Below the pieces are notes generated by a model. It was not told where the DNA came from, ran no database searches, and saw only the letters and a program-made list of their open reading frames with translations. A stretch of DNA of 64,000 bases, taken from positions 160,001 through 224,000 of the forward strand of contig JBEKIG010000004.1 of NCBI GenBank assembly GCA_050011875.1, read 5' to 3'. The DNA is from Nitrososphaeria archaeon. GTDB lineage: Archaea > Thermoproteota > Nitrososphaeria > JACIWG01. Positions within the stretch are counted from its first letter, which is position 1; each line of letters opens with the position of its first letter. Below are positions 29,081 to 39,550 of this stretch, piece by piece. A program made the translations under genes and the position numbers.

Positions 29081-31441
29081 GTGCAGATTGAAAGCTACGA
29101 TTTATTTCTTGAATTAGACTTCAAAAATCTAAAGTTTGTGGGAAAAACGCTCATAAAACTTGAAACTGAGGGGGATGTAATCCTAAACTCTCTTGGCCTT
29201 ACTATCCTTAACGCCGGAACCAACACTAGGTCTTACCCTTTTAATCAAAGAGAAGAAGATCTAATAATTAAAACAGGGCCTTTCAATGGGACACTAGAAA
29301 TCAGATACTCCGGTCAGATCCCCGATACACTAGTGGGAATCTACAGAGCACCTTATGGGAGCACTTACATGATAACCACACAATTTGAAGCTGCAAATGC
29401 GAGGAGAATGTTCCCGTGTTTAGATCACCCAGGGTATAAAGCCGAGTTTAAGCTAACTGTGAAGATAGACAGAGAGCTAGATGCTATTTCGAACATGCCT
29501 GTCGAGTCGACGGAAACAGAGGGTGATATGAAAACCGTCTCCTTCCAAAGGACACCGAAGATGTCGACGTACCTGCTCTACTTAGGTATAGGAAAATTTG
29601 AGGAGATCAATGACAGAATAGGCGACATTAAAATATTTGTGGCTACAACGCCTACTAAAGCAAGCAAGGGGGCGTTCGCATTAGATGTCGCCAAGAAGTC
29701 TTTAGAATTCTACCAGACATACTTTGGTGTTTCATACCCTCTTCCAAAGATTCATCTAATAGCTATACCTGAGTTTGCCGCAGGTGCCATGGAGAACTGG
29801 GGCGCGATAACTTTCAGAGAAACAGCACTTCTGGTTGACGAAAATAGCAGCTTCAAGACTAAAAAGAGAGTGGCCGAGGTTGTAGCCCACGAGCTTGCGC
29901 ACCAATGGTTTGGAAACTTAGTGACCATGAAATGGTGGGACGAAATCTGGCTGAACGAAAGCTTTGGAACATTTATGTGTTACAAGGCGATGGATGCCAT
30001 CTACCCGAAATGGAAGGTTTGGCAGGACTTCTTAAATGACGAAACTGCGGGCGCTTTTGCTAGGGACTGCCTAAAAAGCACTCACCCTATAAAAGCACAC
30101 ATCGAAACTCCTAGTGAAATAGAGCAAATTTTCGACAGCATAAGTTATGGTAAGGGTGCAAGCATTCTTAGGATGATTGAAGCGTATATGGGACCAGGTG
30201 ACTTCAGGAAAGGCATATCGAACTATCTTATGGAGCACAGTTACTCTAACGCATCTGGAGAAGATCTTTGGAATTCTCTTGAGAAAATATCGGGAAAGCC
30301 GATAGAGGTGATCATGAGCGAATGGGTAGGAAAGCCTGGATATCCAATTGTAAACGCAGAAATGAGAGGAAACAGCTTAGTGCTCAAGCAGAATCGGTTT
30401 TTACTGGCAAACGAGTCCAGAGAAGACGTTTGGAGAATACCAATCGGTATGAAGATCAATGATAAAGAAAGAACTTTGCTCTTGGACAGCAAAGAGGAAG
30501 TTATCGAGGCTAAAAACTTGGAGTCCCTCAAGTTGAACGTTGACCAAACAGGTTTCTACAGAGTTTATTACGGGGGACTCTACGAAAAAGTGTGGCAGAG
30601 TAACCTCTCAGCTTTTGAAAGGTGGGGGATAGCGTCCGATTCACTGGCCTTCCTATTGGCTGGCAAGCTGTCTTTCAGCGACTACCTTAGCCGTGTGGAG
30701 AGATACTATAATGATCACGACTATCTACCGGTCCTCGAACTTTCTGATCAGCTGGCGTTCCTATACTCGATAGTTCCATCCAAAGTTTCCGAAGCTTCAA
30801 GAATGTTCCATAATTTACAGCTAGAAGCCCTTCAGGAAAAATCTGAAGAGAACAGTTCAATGTTAAACGGCATTATAGCTGGAAGACTAGCTATGTTAGA
30901 TGAAGGCTACGCTAAAAAATTAGGTTCAGACTTCCACAACTACGCCAAGATAAAACCAGATATGAAAGACGCAGTCGTAATAGCCTATGCTAGGGCAAAC
31001 AGCGATCTTGAGGGTGTTGTAAAAAAGTACAGAGAGAGCGATTCAGACGAAGAGAGAATACGGTTTCTTAATTCTATGATGCTCTTCAAGGATCGTTCAC
31101 TTGTTGCACTTTCGTTTGGATTAGCTCTCAGTGGCGAGGTGAAAAGACAGGACATAACAAGCATGATCTTAGCGGCCACAAGAAACCCGGATGCCAGAGA
31201 CGTTGCTTGGATGTGGATGAAGATCAATTTACAAACACTCAGGAAACTAAATGAAGGCACAGGTAGACTATCACAGGTCTTGCTATCCACTATACCTATT
31301 CTTGGAATAGGTAAGGCTGATGAGGTTGAGGAATTCTTCAGAGAGAACAGAATACCTGAGGCTGGGAAGGGGATTGAAGCAGGTCTGGAGAAACTCAAAG
31401 TCTACGATAGATTTGTTAAAAGCACCAATTTCGGCGATTAG
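29081..31441 (+). CDS. M1 family zinc aminopeptidase (tricorn-interacting factor F2/F3-like)
   Basis: TQFE, GAMENWG, HELAH-x18-E, ISYGKG. Confidence 0.96.
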   Translation: MQIESYDLFLELDFKNLKFVGKTLIKLETEGDVILNSLGLTILNAGTNTRSYPFNQREEDLIIKTGPFNGTLEIRYSGQIPDTLVGIYRAPYGSTYMITTQFEAANARRMFPCLDHPGYKAEFKLTVKIDRELDAISNMPVESTETEGDMKTVSFQRTPKMSTYLLYLGIGKFEEINDRIGDIKIFVATTPTKASKGAFALDVAKKSLEFYQTYFGVSYPLPKIHLIAIPEFAAGAMENWGAITFRETALLVDENSSFKTKKRVAEVVAHELAHQWFGNLVTMKWWDEIWLNESFGTFMCYKAMDAIYPKWKVWQDFLNDETAGAFARDCLKSTHPIKAHIETPSEIEQIFDSISYGKGASILRMIEAYMGPGDFRKGISNYLMEHSYSNASGEDLWNSLEKISGKPIEVIMSEWVGKPGYPIVNAEMRGNSLVLKQNRFLLANESREDVWRIPIGMKINDKERTLLLDSKEEVIEAKNLESLKLNVDQTGFYRVYYGGLYEKVWQSNLSAFERWGIASDSLAFLLAGKLSFSDYLSRVERYYNDHDYLPVLELSDQLAFLYSIVPSKVSEASRMFHNLQLEALQEKSEENSSMLNGIIAGRLAMLDEGYAKKLGSDFHNYAKIKPDMKDAVVIAYARANSDLEGVVKKYRESDSDEERIRFLNSMMLFKDRSLVALSFGLALSGEVKRQDITSMILAATRNPDARDVAWMWMKINLQTLRKLNEGTGRLSQVLLSTIPILGIGKADEVEEFFRENRIPEAGKGIEAGLEKLKVYDRFVKSTNFGD

Positions 31442-31980
31442 AATCCACTTAAAGCCAAAATTATCAGGGTTGCCCTAAATACAATGAACAGGTTCCACAA
31501 CAATGGGATATTAACCGATAAAGGTAGCATACCCCATTCCAATTTTCTAACCTTGAATTTCATTTACTTAATATAGCTGGATAAGCAGCCACTTAGATAT
31601 ATATTCAAAACTGGAGAGACCGTATCTTGGTTCAAGTGTAGGCTTAACGTTTATCGCCTCTCAAGCACTAAAATTTAATAAGAAATTAATCTTTAAAAAT
31701 GAAAAAAATCCAGTGACAGAATCCTTAACTTTTTTGAAGTTGCATAGAAATAGTTTAAAGGTTAAAGCTTTCAAGAAACTTTTTCAGCAGTCCACATGAT
31801 TGGTTAATTTAATAATCGGAGTTGGACATGAACTCTTTTCTAACGATCGACAGCTCGATGTGTCTAAAATATCTTCTACAGAAGTTTCTCCCAAAGAATA
31901 GATGTTATCTATCTACGTTCTGTAAAAGGTTTTAAAACACTCTGACTGCATACAAAATAGGAGCGTGTGTTAGAAAGACT

Positions 31981-33657
31981 ATGTCAGAGATGTTAGATGA
32001 GAAAACAAAAATGCAGCTTCGTGAAATCTTGGAGGATTTGGATTCTCCAGTAAAGCTATTATTTTTCACTCAGGAGAACGCCTCCCCGTCGTGCGCCCAG
32101 CAGAAAGGACTTTTGGAGGAGCTGGTTTCACTCTCAGACAAACTTGAGATCCAGATCTTCGACTTTATACTACATAGTGAAGAGGCTATGAACTCCAAAA
32201 TAGATAAGATACCTGCCACGGCTGTAGTTGGGAATAAGGATTTTAGAATTCGATTTTATGGCATTACCGCCGGATACGAATTCAATTCGCTTTTAGAGGC
32301 TATTTTAATGGTTTCAACTGGTAATTCTGGTCTGGATCCTCAGCTGGAAAAACTTGTTAAGGATGTAAAGGAACAAGTTCACCTCCAGGTGCTCGTGACG
32401 TTAACGTGCCCCTACTGTCCCAAGATAGTCCATATCGCTCATCAGTTTGCCTTTGTCAATGAAAATATTCGTGCGGACATGATCCAAGCAGAAGAATTTC
32501 CACAGCTTGTACAAAAATATAATGTAACCGCTGTGCCAAAGACCGTTATCAATGAAGTACATTCCTTTGAAGGGGCTCTGCAGGCTGGAGCCGCGTACTT
32601 GGAGATTTTGAAAGCTGTCAGCCCTGAAGAGTACAGGCAACTAGAGGAAGCCCTCCATGAGATCCAAGGAGCACACAAGGTTAGTAAGGCAGATCAAGAA
32701 CATGAGTATGAAGTTGCGATTGTTGGAGGAGGACCTGCTGCCATGTCAGCCTCAATATACGCAGCCCGAAAGGGTCTAGATGTAGCTTTAGTTGCAAGGA
32801 AGGTGGGAGGACAAATAACGTACACCGCAAACATTGAGAACTACCTTGGCCTTCCGGGCATCGGAGGAACAGACATGAATCAAGCGTTCCGCAACCATAT
32901 TGAAAACTATCCGATCGCGGAAGCTCTCGGAAGAGATGTCGTACAGGTGAAAAAAGATGCCAATGTTTTCTTGATAATTACAGACGATAACCGACAGTTC
33001 AAAGCGAAGTCCGTGATTTATTGCGCTGGAAAAGAATATAGTCGACTAGGAGTGCCTGGGGAGGAACAGTTTATTGGAAAAGGGATCGGGTTCTGTGCTA
33101 CCTGTGACGCTCCTCTCTACCAAGGTAAAAGTGTTGCAGTCATTGGAGGAGGTAACTCGGCGTTCACCGCAGCGCGTGACCTAACCAACTTTGCCTCAGA
33201 GATTCACTTGATCCACCAAAGGAAAGAATTTCGAGCAGATGATTCTTTGGTACATGAAGTCCTCAGAGCAAAAAATATTGTAGTCCACACCCCGATGATT
33301 GTTCGCTCCTTCCTCGGAAAGGACAAGCTGACAGGTGTCAGACTCGAATCCGTTGACGGTGTAGAAAGATACGATCTAAACATAGATGGAGTCTTCCTTG
33401 AAGTCGGCCTGACACCAAACACGGGCCCCCTACGTGACCTATTACAATTGAATGAAAGAGGTGAAGTGCCTGTGAACAAGGATCAATCAACAAGTGTGAG
33501 TGGGTTATTCGCAGCAGGAGACGTTACAGACGTCGAAGAAAAGCAGATATCTATTGCAGTGGGTCAAGGAGCCCTAGCTGCACTTACGGCACATAAGTAC
33601 CTTGTCCAAAATAGTTTGACTGGAAGCATGATTGGCATAAAAGAGCCATGGCAGTAA
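31981..33657 (+). CDS. AhpF-like fusion: protein-disulfide oxidoreductase (2 Trx folds) plus thioredoxin reductase
   Basis: SPSC and CPYC motifs; GGGPAA, CATCD, GGGNSA, FAAGD. Confidence 0.92.
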   Translation: MSEMLDEKTKMQLREILEDLDSPVKLLFFTQENASPSCAQQKGLLEELVSLSDKLEIQIFDFILHSEEAMNSKIDKIPATAVVGNKDFRIRFYGITAGYEFNSLLEAILMVSTGNSGLDPQLEKLVKDVKEQVHLQVLVTLTCPYCPKIVHIAHQFAFVNENIRADMIQAEEFPQLVQKYNVTAVPKTVINEVHSFEGALQAGAAYLEILKAVSPEEYRQLEEALHEIQGAHKVSKADQEHEYEVAIVGGGPAAMSASIYAARKGLDVALVARKVGGQITYTANIENYLGLPGIGGTDMNQAFRNHIENYPIAEALGRDVVQVKKDANVFLIITDDNRQFKAKSVIYCAGKEYSRLGVPGEEQFIGKGIGFCATCDAPLYQGKSVAVIGGGNSAFTAARDLTNFASEIHLIHQRKEFRADDSLVHEVLRAKNIVVHTPMIVRSFLGKDKLTGVRLESVDGVERYDLNIDGVFLEVGLTPNTGPLRDLLQLNERGEVPVNKDQSTSVSGLFAAGDVTDVEEKQISIAVGQGALAALTAHKYLVQNSLTGSMIGIKEPWQ

Positions 33658-33937
33658 CCAATTAATGGTTGGATACCTCAGTTGTAACTGCACCTCCTTT
33701 ATTAAACATAAAAACAATATTAAAGTTCTCTTTTAGTTAACCTAAAAGACAGCGTTGACTTAGGCTTTTTTATGGTAGCTTCACTCCATTCGAATCGACT
33801 TGAAGGGACAGGTAAATGTCTACGACACATTAAAGTCAGAAATCAAAATTACATAGGCGAACCGGAATTTATTAGACTTCTCAAAGAGTCATCTAAGCTG
33901 ATTTAATGGATAGACACCAAAAAAGGAAATGAATAGC

Positions 33938-34714
33938 TTACACATCCATCCCATACCTGTGAATATCCTTCCTAGGATAAACTGCTACCTTAGGAATAAT
34001 AACTTTTTTATCCCGTGTGGCAACGAATAGGATAACCTCCGCGACATCTTCAGCTTCCAATGAATTTTCCCAATCCTTTTCCATCTGGAGCGTCCAAGTT
34101 TTTCCGGACATGTCAAACCCTTTTCTATACTGTTCTGTTTTAATATGAGACGGAACTATAGCAGTGACACTTATACCCGTGCTTTGACTCTCCTTTAGAA
34201 GTACCTTTGTCAATCCCATTAAGCCATGCTTGGCTGACCGGTAGGATATTTCCCCTGGAGAAGAGGCAATGCTACCAGAGGTGGATGATATGTTTATGAT
34301 TTTGCCTTCATCCTGTTTCTTCATTATCTTGAAGGCTTCCTTGCAGCATAGAAAAACGGCCGTAAGATCAACAGCGATTACATAATTCCATTCTTCCAAT
34401 GTAGTATCATCTATTGAAGAAGTGTACGACGCAACTGCGGCATTATTTACTAGAACGTCTAGACGTCCATGCATCTTAACAACCTGCTCAAACAACCTCT
34501 TTACCTGATCCTTGTCTGTAAGGTCTGCAGGAAAATAATCACATCTTCCTCCTGTTTTTTTAATTTCGTCCGCGACTTCCAGCAGAGCAACTTCATTTCT
34601 CGCCACTATAACTGTTTTCGCTCCATTTTCGCTGAACATCCTCGCTGTTGCCTTTCCAACACCCCTGCTTCCGCCTGTAACAACACAAACTTTGCCCTTT
34701 AGATCATATGTCAC
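33938..34714 (-). CDS. SDR family oxidoreductase
   Basis: TGGSRGVG, NNAA, YRSAK. Confidence 0.93.
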   Translation of the reverse strand: MTYDLKGKVCVVTGGSRGVGKATARMFSENGAKTVIVARNEVALLEVADEIKKTGGRCDYFPADLTDKDQVKRLFEQVVKMHGRLDVLVNNAAVASYTSSIDDTTLEEWNYVIAVDLTAVFLCCKEAFKIMKKQDEGKIINISSTSGSIASSPGEISYRSAKHGLMGLTKVLLKESQSTGISVTAIVPSHIKTEQYRKGFDMSGKTWTLQMEKDWENSLEAEDVAEVILFVATRDKKVIIPKVAVYPRKDIHRYGMDV

Positions 34715-35013
34715 AGTCGATTATTTTCGTCGACAGTATTTAACCGTTATATTGTAAAGGCTGAAGAATCTTTATCAGTGTATTTAAATAAGATACAGTT
34801 GTTAGCATTTAAAATTTCTAATATAATAGCTAAAATTTAGTAAAAGAAAACAAAGTATATCTTGGGGGAAAAAAGAGAAAGGGACAGAACAGCAAATGTT
34901 CCGATATAATGATATTTATCTATGGTTTGCGAAGTTAGGCGTAGCGGAAAAGCTGTTCGCAGAGGAGGACTGACTCTACGAACAATGACGATTTCAAAAG
35001 CCTTTCAGAGGCG

Positions 35014-35946
35014 GTGGTGGGGGCAATTAAAAATTACTTCGTCAGCGACCCCATTGTTCTAGAAAAACTGTTGTGCGCAGCACTCTCGAACGGGCACATA
35101 TTATTTGAGGACAATCCAGGACTTGGGAAGACCCTCTTAGCTAAGGTCTTCGCAAAGGTCACCGGCTGCAACTGGGGGAGGATTCAATTTACACCCGATC
35201 TTTTACCAGCTGACATTATTGGCACTCGTGTCTGGAAGGGTTCAGATTTCACGGTGGAGAAGGGCCCGGTTTTCACCAACATACTACTTGCCGATGAGAT
35301 TAACAGGTCCCCTCCTAAAACTCAGTCCGCTCTTCTGGAAGCTATGGAAGAAAGGCAGGTTACGATAGAAGGTAACACTTACAAGCTTGAGAAGCCTTTC
35401 TTTGTCATCGGAACCCAGAATCCAATAGAGATGGAAGGAACTTTTCCTCTTCCTGAGGCTCAATTGGATCGTTTTCTGCTGAAGTTGTCAACAGGGTATG
35501 TTAAAAATCTAGAGCTCGAGAGCGAAATCTTGAGAAGAAGGATAAAGTGGGCTTTAGACGATCCGACAGAAAGGGTTGAAGCAGTTGTGAAACAAAAAGA
35601 TTTCTTAGAGATGCAGAACTATGTCGAAAACTTTTTGTACATTGACGAACAGATTCTAGATTACATTAGCAAGATAGTCAGGGGAACTAGAGAGCACACG
35701 GCGGTTGAAGTTGGTGCTAGTCCGAGGGGAGGGCTGGCGTTGCTTAAGGCGGCGCGGGCTCATGCCGCAGTTCAAGGACGGGACTTCGTTACTCCTGATG
35801 ATGTTAAAATCTTTATCAAAGAGGCTCTATGTCATAGGATAATATTAAAGATGGAGTATGAAATAGAAAATCTTATTACAGTGGAAGGGGTTGTTGAAAG
35901 CGTAGTTAATAAGGTTGAACCTCCGATAGATTTTACTAAAAAATAA
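35014..35946 (+). CDS. moxR: MoxR-family AAA+ ATPase (reading frame open further upstream, see findings)
   Basis: PGLGKT, RIQFTPDLLPAD, LADEINR, TQNPIE.EGTFPLPEAQLDRF, GASPRG. Confidence 0.95.
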   Translation: MVGAIKNYFVSDPIVLEKLLCAALSNGHILFEDNPGLGKTLLAKVFAKVTGCNWGRIQFTPDLLPADIIGTRVWKGSDFTVEKGPVFTNILLADEINRSPPKTQSALLEAMEERQVTIEGNTYKLEKPFFVIGTQNPIEMEGTFPLPEAQLDRFLLKLSTGYVKNLELESEILRRRIKWALDDPTERVEAVVKQKDFLEMQNYVENFLYIDEQILDYISKIVRGTREHTAVEVGASPRGGLALLKAARAHAAVQGRDFVTPDDVKIFIKEALCHRIILKMEYEIENLITVEGVVESVVNKVEPPIDFTKK

Positions 35947-35966
35947 AACTCATAGTTGATAATACC

Positions 35967-37280
35967 ATGCTCTCATCTGATGTACCCCAGCTGGTTTGGA
36001 AGGCCTTTGCGCTAGTGCTACTGGGAATGATATTTCTTAACACACTTTTTGTCTGGTTTGCCCTTGTCTACCTGCTCTTCCTTGTTCTAGCTCTAGCTAT
36101 AGAGCAGCCTAAAAGCGTTCATATCCAGAGAGTTGGAGGTGAGATAAAAGCTTATGTTAATGACGTAATTAAGTTGGAAGAACACGTCACCGTCGGAGAG
36201 GGCAGGGGTATAGTAACAGTTGCGGATAAGCTGCCAGAGCACTTTGAACTTGAATCAGATGAAGAAGATTATCATAAGAATTTTAGGGTGTTCTGGAAAG
36301 GCGAAGGGACCTTGTCTGAGGACATGTCATATAATGTTAAGCTGACTAGGAGAGGAAATTACGATATAGGTCCTCCCATCTATGAATCTTTGCACACTGC
36401 GAACCTGAGACAGGTTGAAGTCGGATTTGGAAGCGACCCTCTGAAACTTGTTGTGAGACATCGTCCTATAAATGTAAGAAAATTAAGAGATCCGAATGTG
36501 CTATCACAGATACCCATGCCGTTGGGAGCGATGACCTTGTTCGGTGTTCGCACAAACGAATTCATAGAGCTAAGAGAATACAAGCACGGAGACCCCTATA
36601 GCAGAATAAACTGGAAGGCCACGGCGAGGCTCAGTTGTCGAAGACCAAACTCAACTCCGCTGGTTAACGATTACGAAAGTGAAGGGAAGAAGACGGTTTG
36701 GTTCTTCTTAGATTCCTCCATGAACATGCGTATAGGCACCGAAATAGATAACGCGTTTGAATATGCCATAAAAGCTATATCAGGTCTTTCACAATTCTAC
36801 CTGTCGAAGAACTGTAGAGTAGCTTTAAACGTTTACAATTGCGGTAAGACTATTCTTCCAGACACGGGCCGAAGGCAGGAATACAAGATAGCAAGGGAAC
36901 TCGAAAGAGTCGAAATAAACGAACTCCATGGAACCCTCAGGCAGGCAATCGAAGACAACAAATGGCATCTGGTAGGCCAAAACCCTCTTTTTATCGTCGT
37001 CACAATGGTGAGGAAAGAAAATTTAAGGGAACTTTTACAGGGCATAAAAAGTATGCGCCTCTATTCAACGGTCGGTCGAGCGCAGATCATCATCATACAC
37101 GTGATGGGTTATGACATCGCGGCGAGGGGTTCTTTTGAAGAGGCTGGAGCCCGGATGCTTGATTTATCAAACCTTGCATTGTTAAGGTCATTGAGAAGGG
37201 CTGGAGCCTTTGTCGTGCCCTGGAACACCAAGACCCAGATAATACTTAAGCCCATGTTAGCGAGGGCGAGAATTAGATGA
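35967..37280 (+). CDS. DUF58 domain membrane protein
   Basis: EFIELREYKHGDPYSRINWKATAR, FLDSSMNM; follows moxR. Confidence 0.92.
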   Translation: MLSSDVPQLVWKAFALVLLGMIFLNTLFVWFALVYLLFLVLALAIEQPKSVHIQRVGGEIKAYVNDVIKLEEHVTVGEGRGIVTVADKLPEHFELESDEEDYHKNFRVFWKGEGTLSEDMSYNVKLTRRGNYDIGPPIYESLHTANLRQVEVGFGSDPLKLVVRHRPINVRKLRDPNVLSQIPMPLGAMTLFGVRTNEFIELREYKHGDPYSRINWKATARLSCRRPNSTPLVNDYESEGKKTVWFFLDSSMNMRIGTEIDNAFEYAIKAISGLSQFYLSKNCRVALNVYNCGKTILPDTGRRQEYKIARELERVEINELHGTLRQAIEDNKWHLVGQNPLFIVVTMVRKENLRELLQGIKSMRLYSTVGRAQIIIIHVMGYDIAARGSFEEAGARMLDLSNLALLRSLRRAGAFVVPWNTKTQIILKPMLARARIR

Positions 37281-38008
37281 AGTCATTGAGCACAAGTCGA
37301 TATATATCGCTTCTAGAACTTATGGCTGCGATCACCCTTTTTAGTCTTTCTTTCTACATATTTGCTAGAAGCTTTGCGAGCACCGTGGTACTAAATGTTC
37401 TTACGTCGATTTCTCCTTTTCAGTGGTCTATAGACACGCTTTTTATCAGCCTAATTGTACTGATCATTTTAGGATTTGCGTACGACATAGAAAGTGGAGG
37501 ATGGCCCTTAGCTGCAACAATATCATGGACCCTGCTTTTGTCCAGCCTTCTAGGATATTCAAACACGGATTTTCTGGGATTCTTCGGCATCCCTCTAAAC
37601 CTTGCAATGTTTAAGCCTGATGTACCGGTTCCATTTGTCCTTGGAACAGGAATTCTGTTAGCTGCAGGGGACCTCTTTTTCTTCAACATGGATAGCTTGA
37701 AGTGGATCAGATCGAGGCTCAGCTTAAGGGGGGCACCGAGAAGGGACATCGACTTGGTGATTTGGAGGAATTTCGTATTTCTGTCCGGTATTGCCATCGC
37801 GAGCGCAGTCTTAACTTTCAGCGGTGGCATATCTTCTCTTCTTCTAGCTGACATATTTTCGGATCTAGCGTCTAAGTTTCATCTTATTTTTATAATCCTG
37901 CCGGTTGCAGCAAGCGCAATCATCTCAATCACACTTTTACTTTATCTGAGGAAGACAGGTGAACCCGGTCAAAAAGAGGGTTTTTTAGGAGCCTCTGATG
38001 GAAGATGA
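37277..38008 (+). CDS. Polytopic membrane protein of unknown function
   Basis: ~6 hydrophobic segments; ATGA overlaps at both ends. Confidence 0.75.
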   Translation: MKSLSTSRYISLLELMAAITLFSLSFYIFARSFASTVVLNVLTSISPFQWSIDTLFISLIVLIILGFAYDIESGGWPLAATISWTLLLSSLLGYSNTDFLGFFGIPLNLAMFKPDVPVPFVLGTGILLAAGDLFFFNMDSLKWIRSRLSLRGAPRRDIDLVIWRNFVFLSGIAIASAVLTFSGGISSLLLADIFSDLASKFHLIFIILPVAASAIISITLLLYLRKTGEPGQKEGFLGASDGR

Positions 38009-39534
38009 GAGCAGTTTCAAAGGGAAGCAACAGAAGGAGGGCCCGATTACTCGCCGTTTTAGTCATCCTAATATTATCGACAACTATGTTAGTCGCTGCC
38101 TTAAATCTTATGAACGGAAGTGTGCAGTTCGCAGGACCAGGAGCGCAGATAGGGAATGTTGTAGAAGTGGAGGTGTTTGTCAAGTACGTGAATGGTTCAC
38201 TGAACCTGGTCCTACCTTTACAGGCCAACTATACTGAGGCAAGTAACAACACACTTTTCCTCATTATCGGAAGCACCGGAACGAGCTACATGCGAAACTT
38301 TGTGGGAGAAACGTACTCTAATGGTCTATGGTACGGCAATTATTCAAATGCCATAGGATACGGGGGGGAAAACTTGGACCTTGCGGCACCAGAGTACGCG
38401 GATTCTGGAACGGAGAAAAACATCATCATAGAACCAGCTGCAGACCTTCAAGGTGTAATACCAACGATGAAGGACACCAGCCTCGTATCTGTGCTGCCGC
38501 AGTCTAAGCAGACAGACCTCTTATACTACCAAGATCAGGAACTATTCTATTCGTCCAAAGCTATTGACAGCCCTTATAATTTGTCATACGCTATCTACAA
38601 CTTGGATCCAAAAGTTTTGAATAACGCAACCGTAGAGGAGAATACAAAATATCTCTCGGTTCCAGATTCACTGGCTAACGACCTAAAAAATTTGGCCGAA
38701 AATATCACAGAGAACGCGGCGTCTCCATACGAAAAGGCTAAAGAATTGGAGTCTTACCTGCAAAACAACTACGTCTACAGCCAGAATTTTACAGCAGCAC
38801 CAAACGGTACGGACCCGATTGAATGGTTTCTATTCCACGATAGGAGAGGGGTCTGCACACAGTTCAATACAGCCTTCGTTTTAATGGCCAGGACCCTGGG
38901 GCTACCAGCTAGGCTAGTAGGGGGTTACGCGATAAACAGCACAGAGGAAGATCAAGAAGTTACTCAGCAAGAAGCTCATGCCTATTCAGAGATTTTATTT
39001 AACGGCTTCGGATGGGTGACCTTTGACGCGACAGCCCCAGTTGTAAATAAAGTCGAACGCGTCAATAACGTTATAGAACATCGCTACAACCAGAGCGATA
39101 TACCAGGCTATATCACAACATACACGACAATTCGCTCCACCCCCAAAATTGGGGTTAATGGCGACAATTTCACTGTCACGGGAACAGTCACCAGCAGAAT
39201 TCGCCAGCCTATCAGCGGCCTTATAGTTCAAATCACGCTCTCGCAGAGTAGAACAATCTCTACTGTCTACTATTCTACAACTTATTCCACTGGACACGTC
39301 TTCAGTTTATACAGAAGTGAGTTAATTCAACAAAGCGCATTTGTAGGTGATGGATTAGTCAATAACGGGTTCTTCAACATCACATGCACGATTCCAAGCA
39401 ACTTTACAGCCGGTGACTACAACGTAACCGCAAGAACCCTTGGAAACGGCGTCTATAACGGTTCATCAAGCGACCCTATTATAACTGTCATGACTGGAAC
39501 TAAAATAGACCTGATTACACCACAAGAAGTCTGA
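38005..39534 (+). CDS. Transglutaminase-like (TgpA-type) exported protein, N-terminal part
   Basis: GVCTQF, PARLVGGY, AHAYSEI, GWVTFDAT (Cys-His-Asp triad); many N-x-S/T sequons. Confidence 0.9.
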   Translation: MRAVSKGSNRRRARLLAVLVILILSTTMLVAALNLMNGSVQFAGPGAQIGNVVEVEVFVKYVNGSLNLVLPLQANYTEASNNTLFLIIGSTGTSYMRNFVGETYSNGLWYGNYSNAIGYGGENLDLAAPEYADSGTEKNIIIEPAADLQGVIPTMKDTSLVSVLPQSKQTDLLYYQDQELFYSSKAIDSPYNLSYAIYNLDPKVLNNATVEENTKYLSVPDSLANDLKNLAENITENAASPYEKAKELESYLQNNYVYSQNFTAAPNGTDPIEWFLFHDRRGVCTQFNTAFVLMARTLGLPARLVGGYAINSTEEDQEVTQQEAHAYSEILFNGFGWVTFDATAPVVNKVERVNNVIEHRYNQSDIPGYITTYTTIRSTPKIGVNGDNFTVTGTVTSRIRQPISGLIVQITLSQSRTISTVYYSTTYSTGHVFSLYRSELIQQSAFVGDGLVNNGFFNITCTIPSNFTAGDYNVTARTLGNGVYNGSSSDPIITVMTGTKIDLITPQEV

Positions 39535-39550
39535 AAAACCAATCTCTAAC

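Noticed and set aside
39532-39534. Selenocysteine read-through of the TGase TGA
   Set aside because: The same frame stops again 5 codons later; homology continues in the +1 frame
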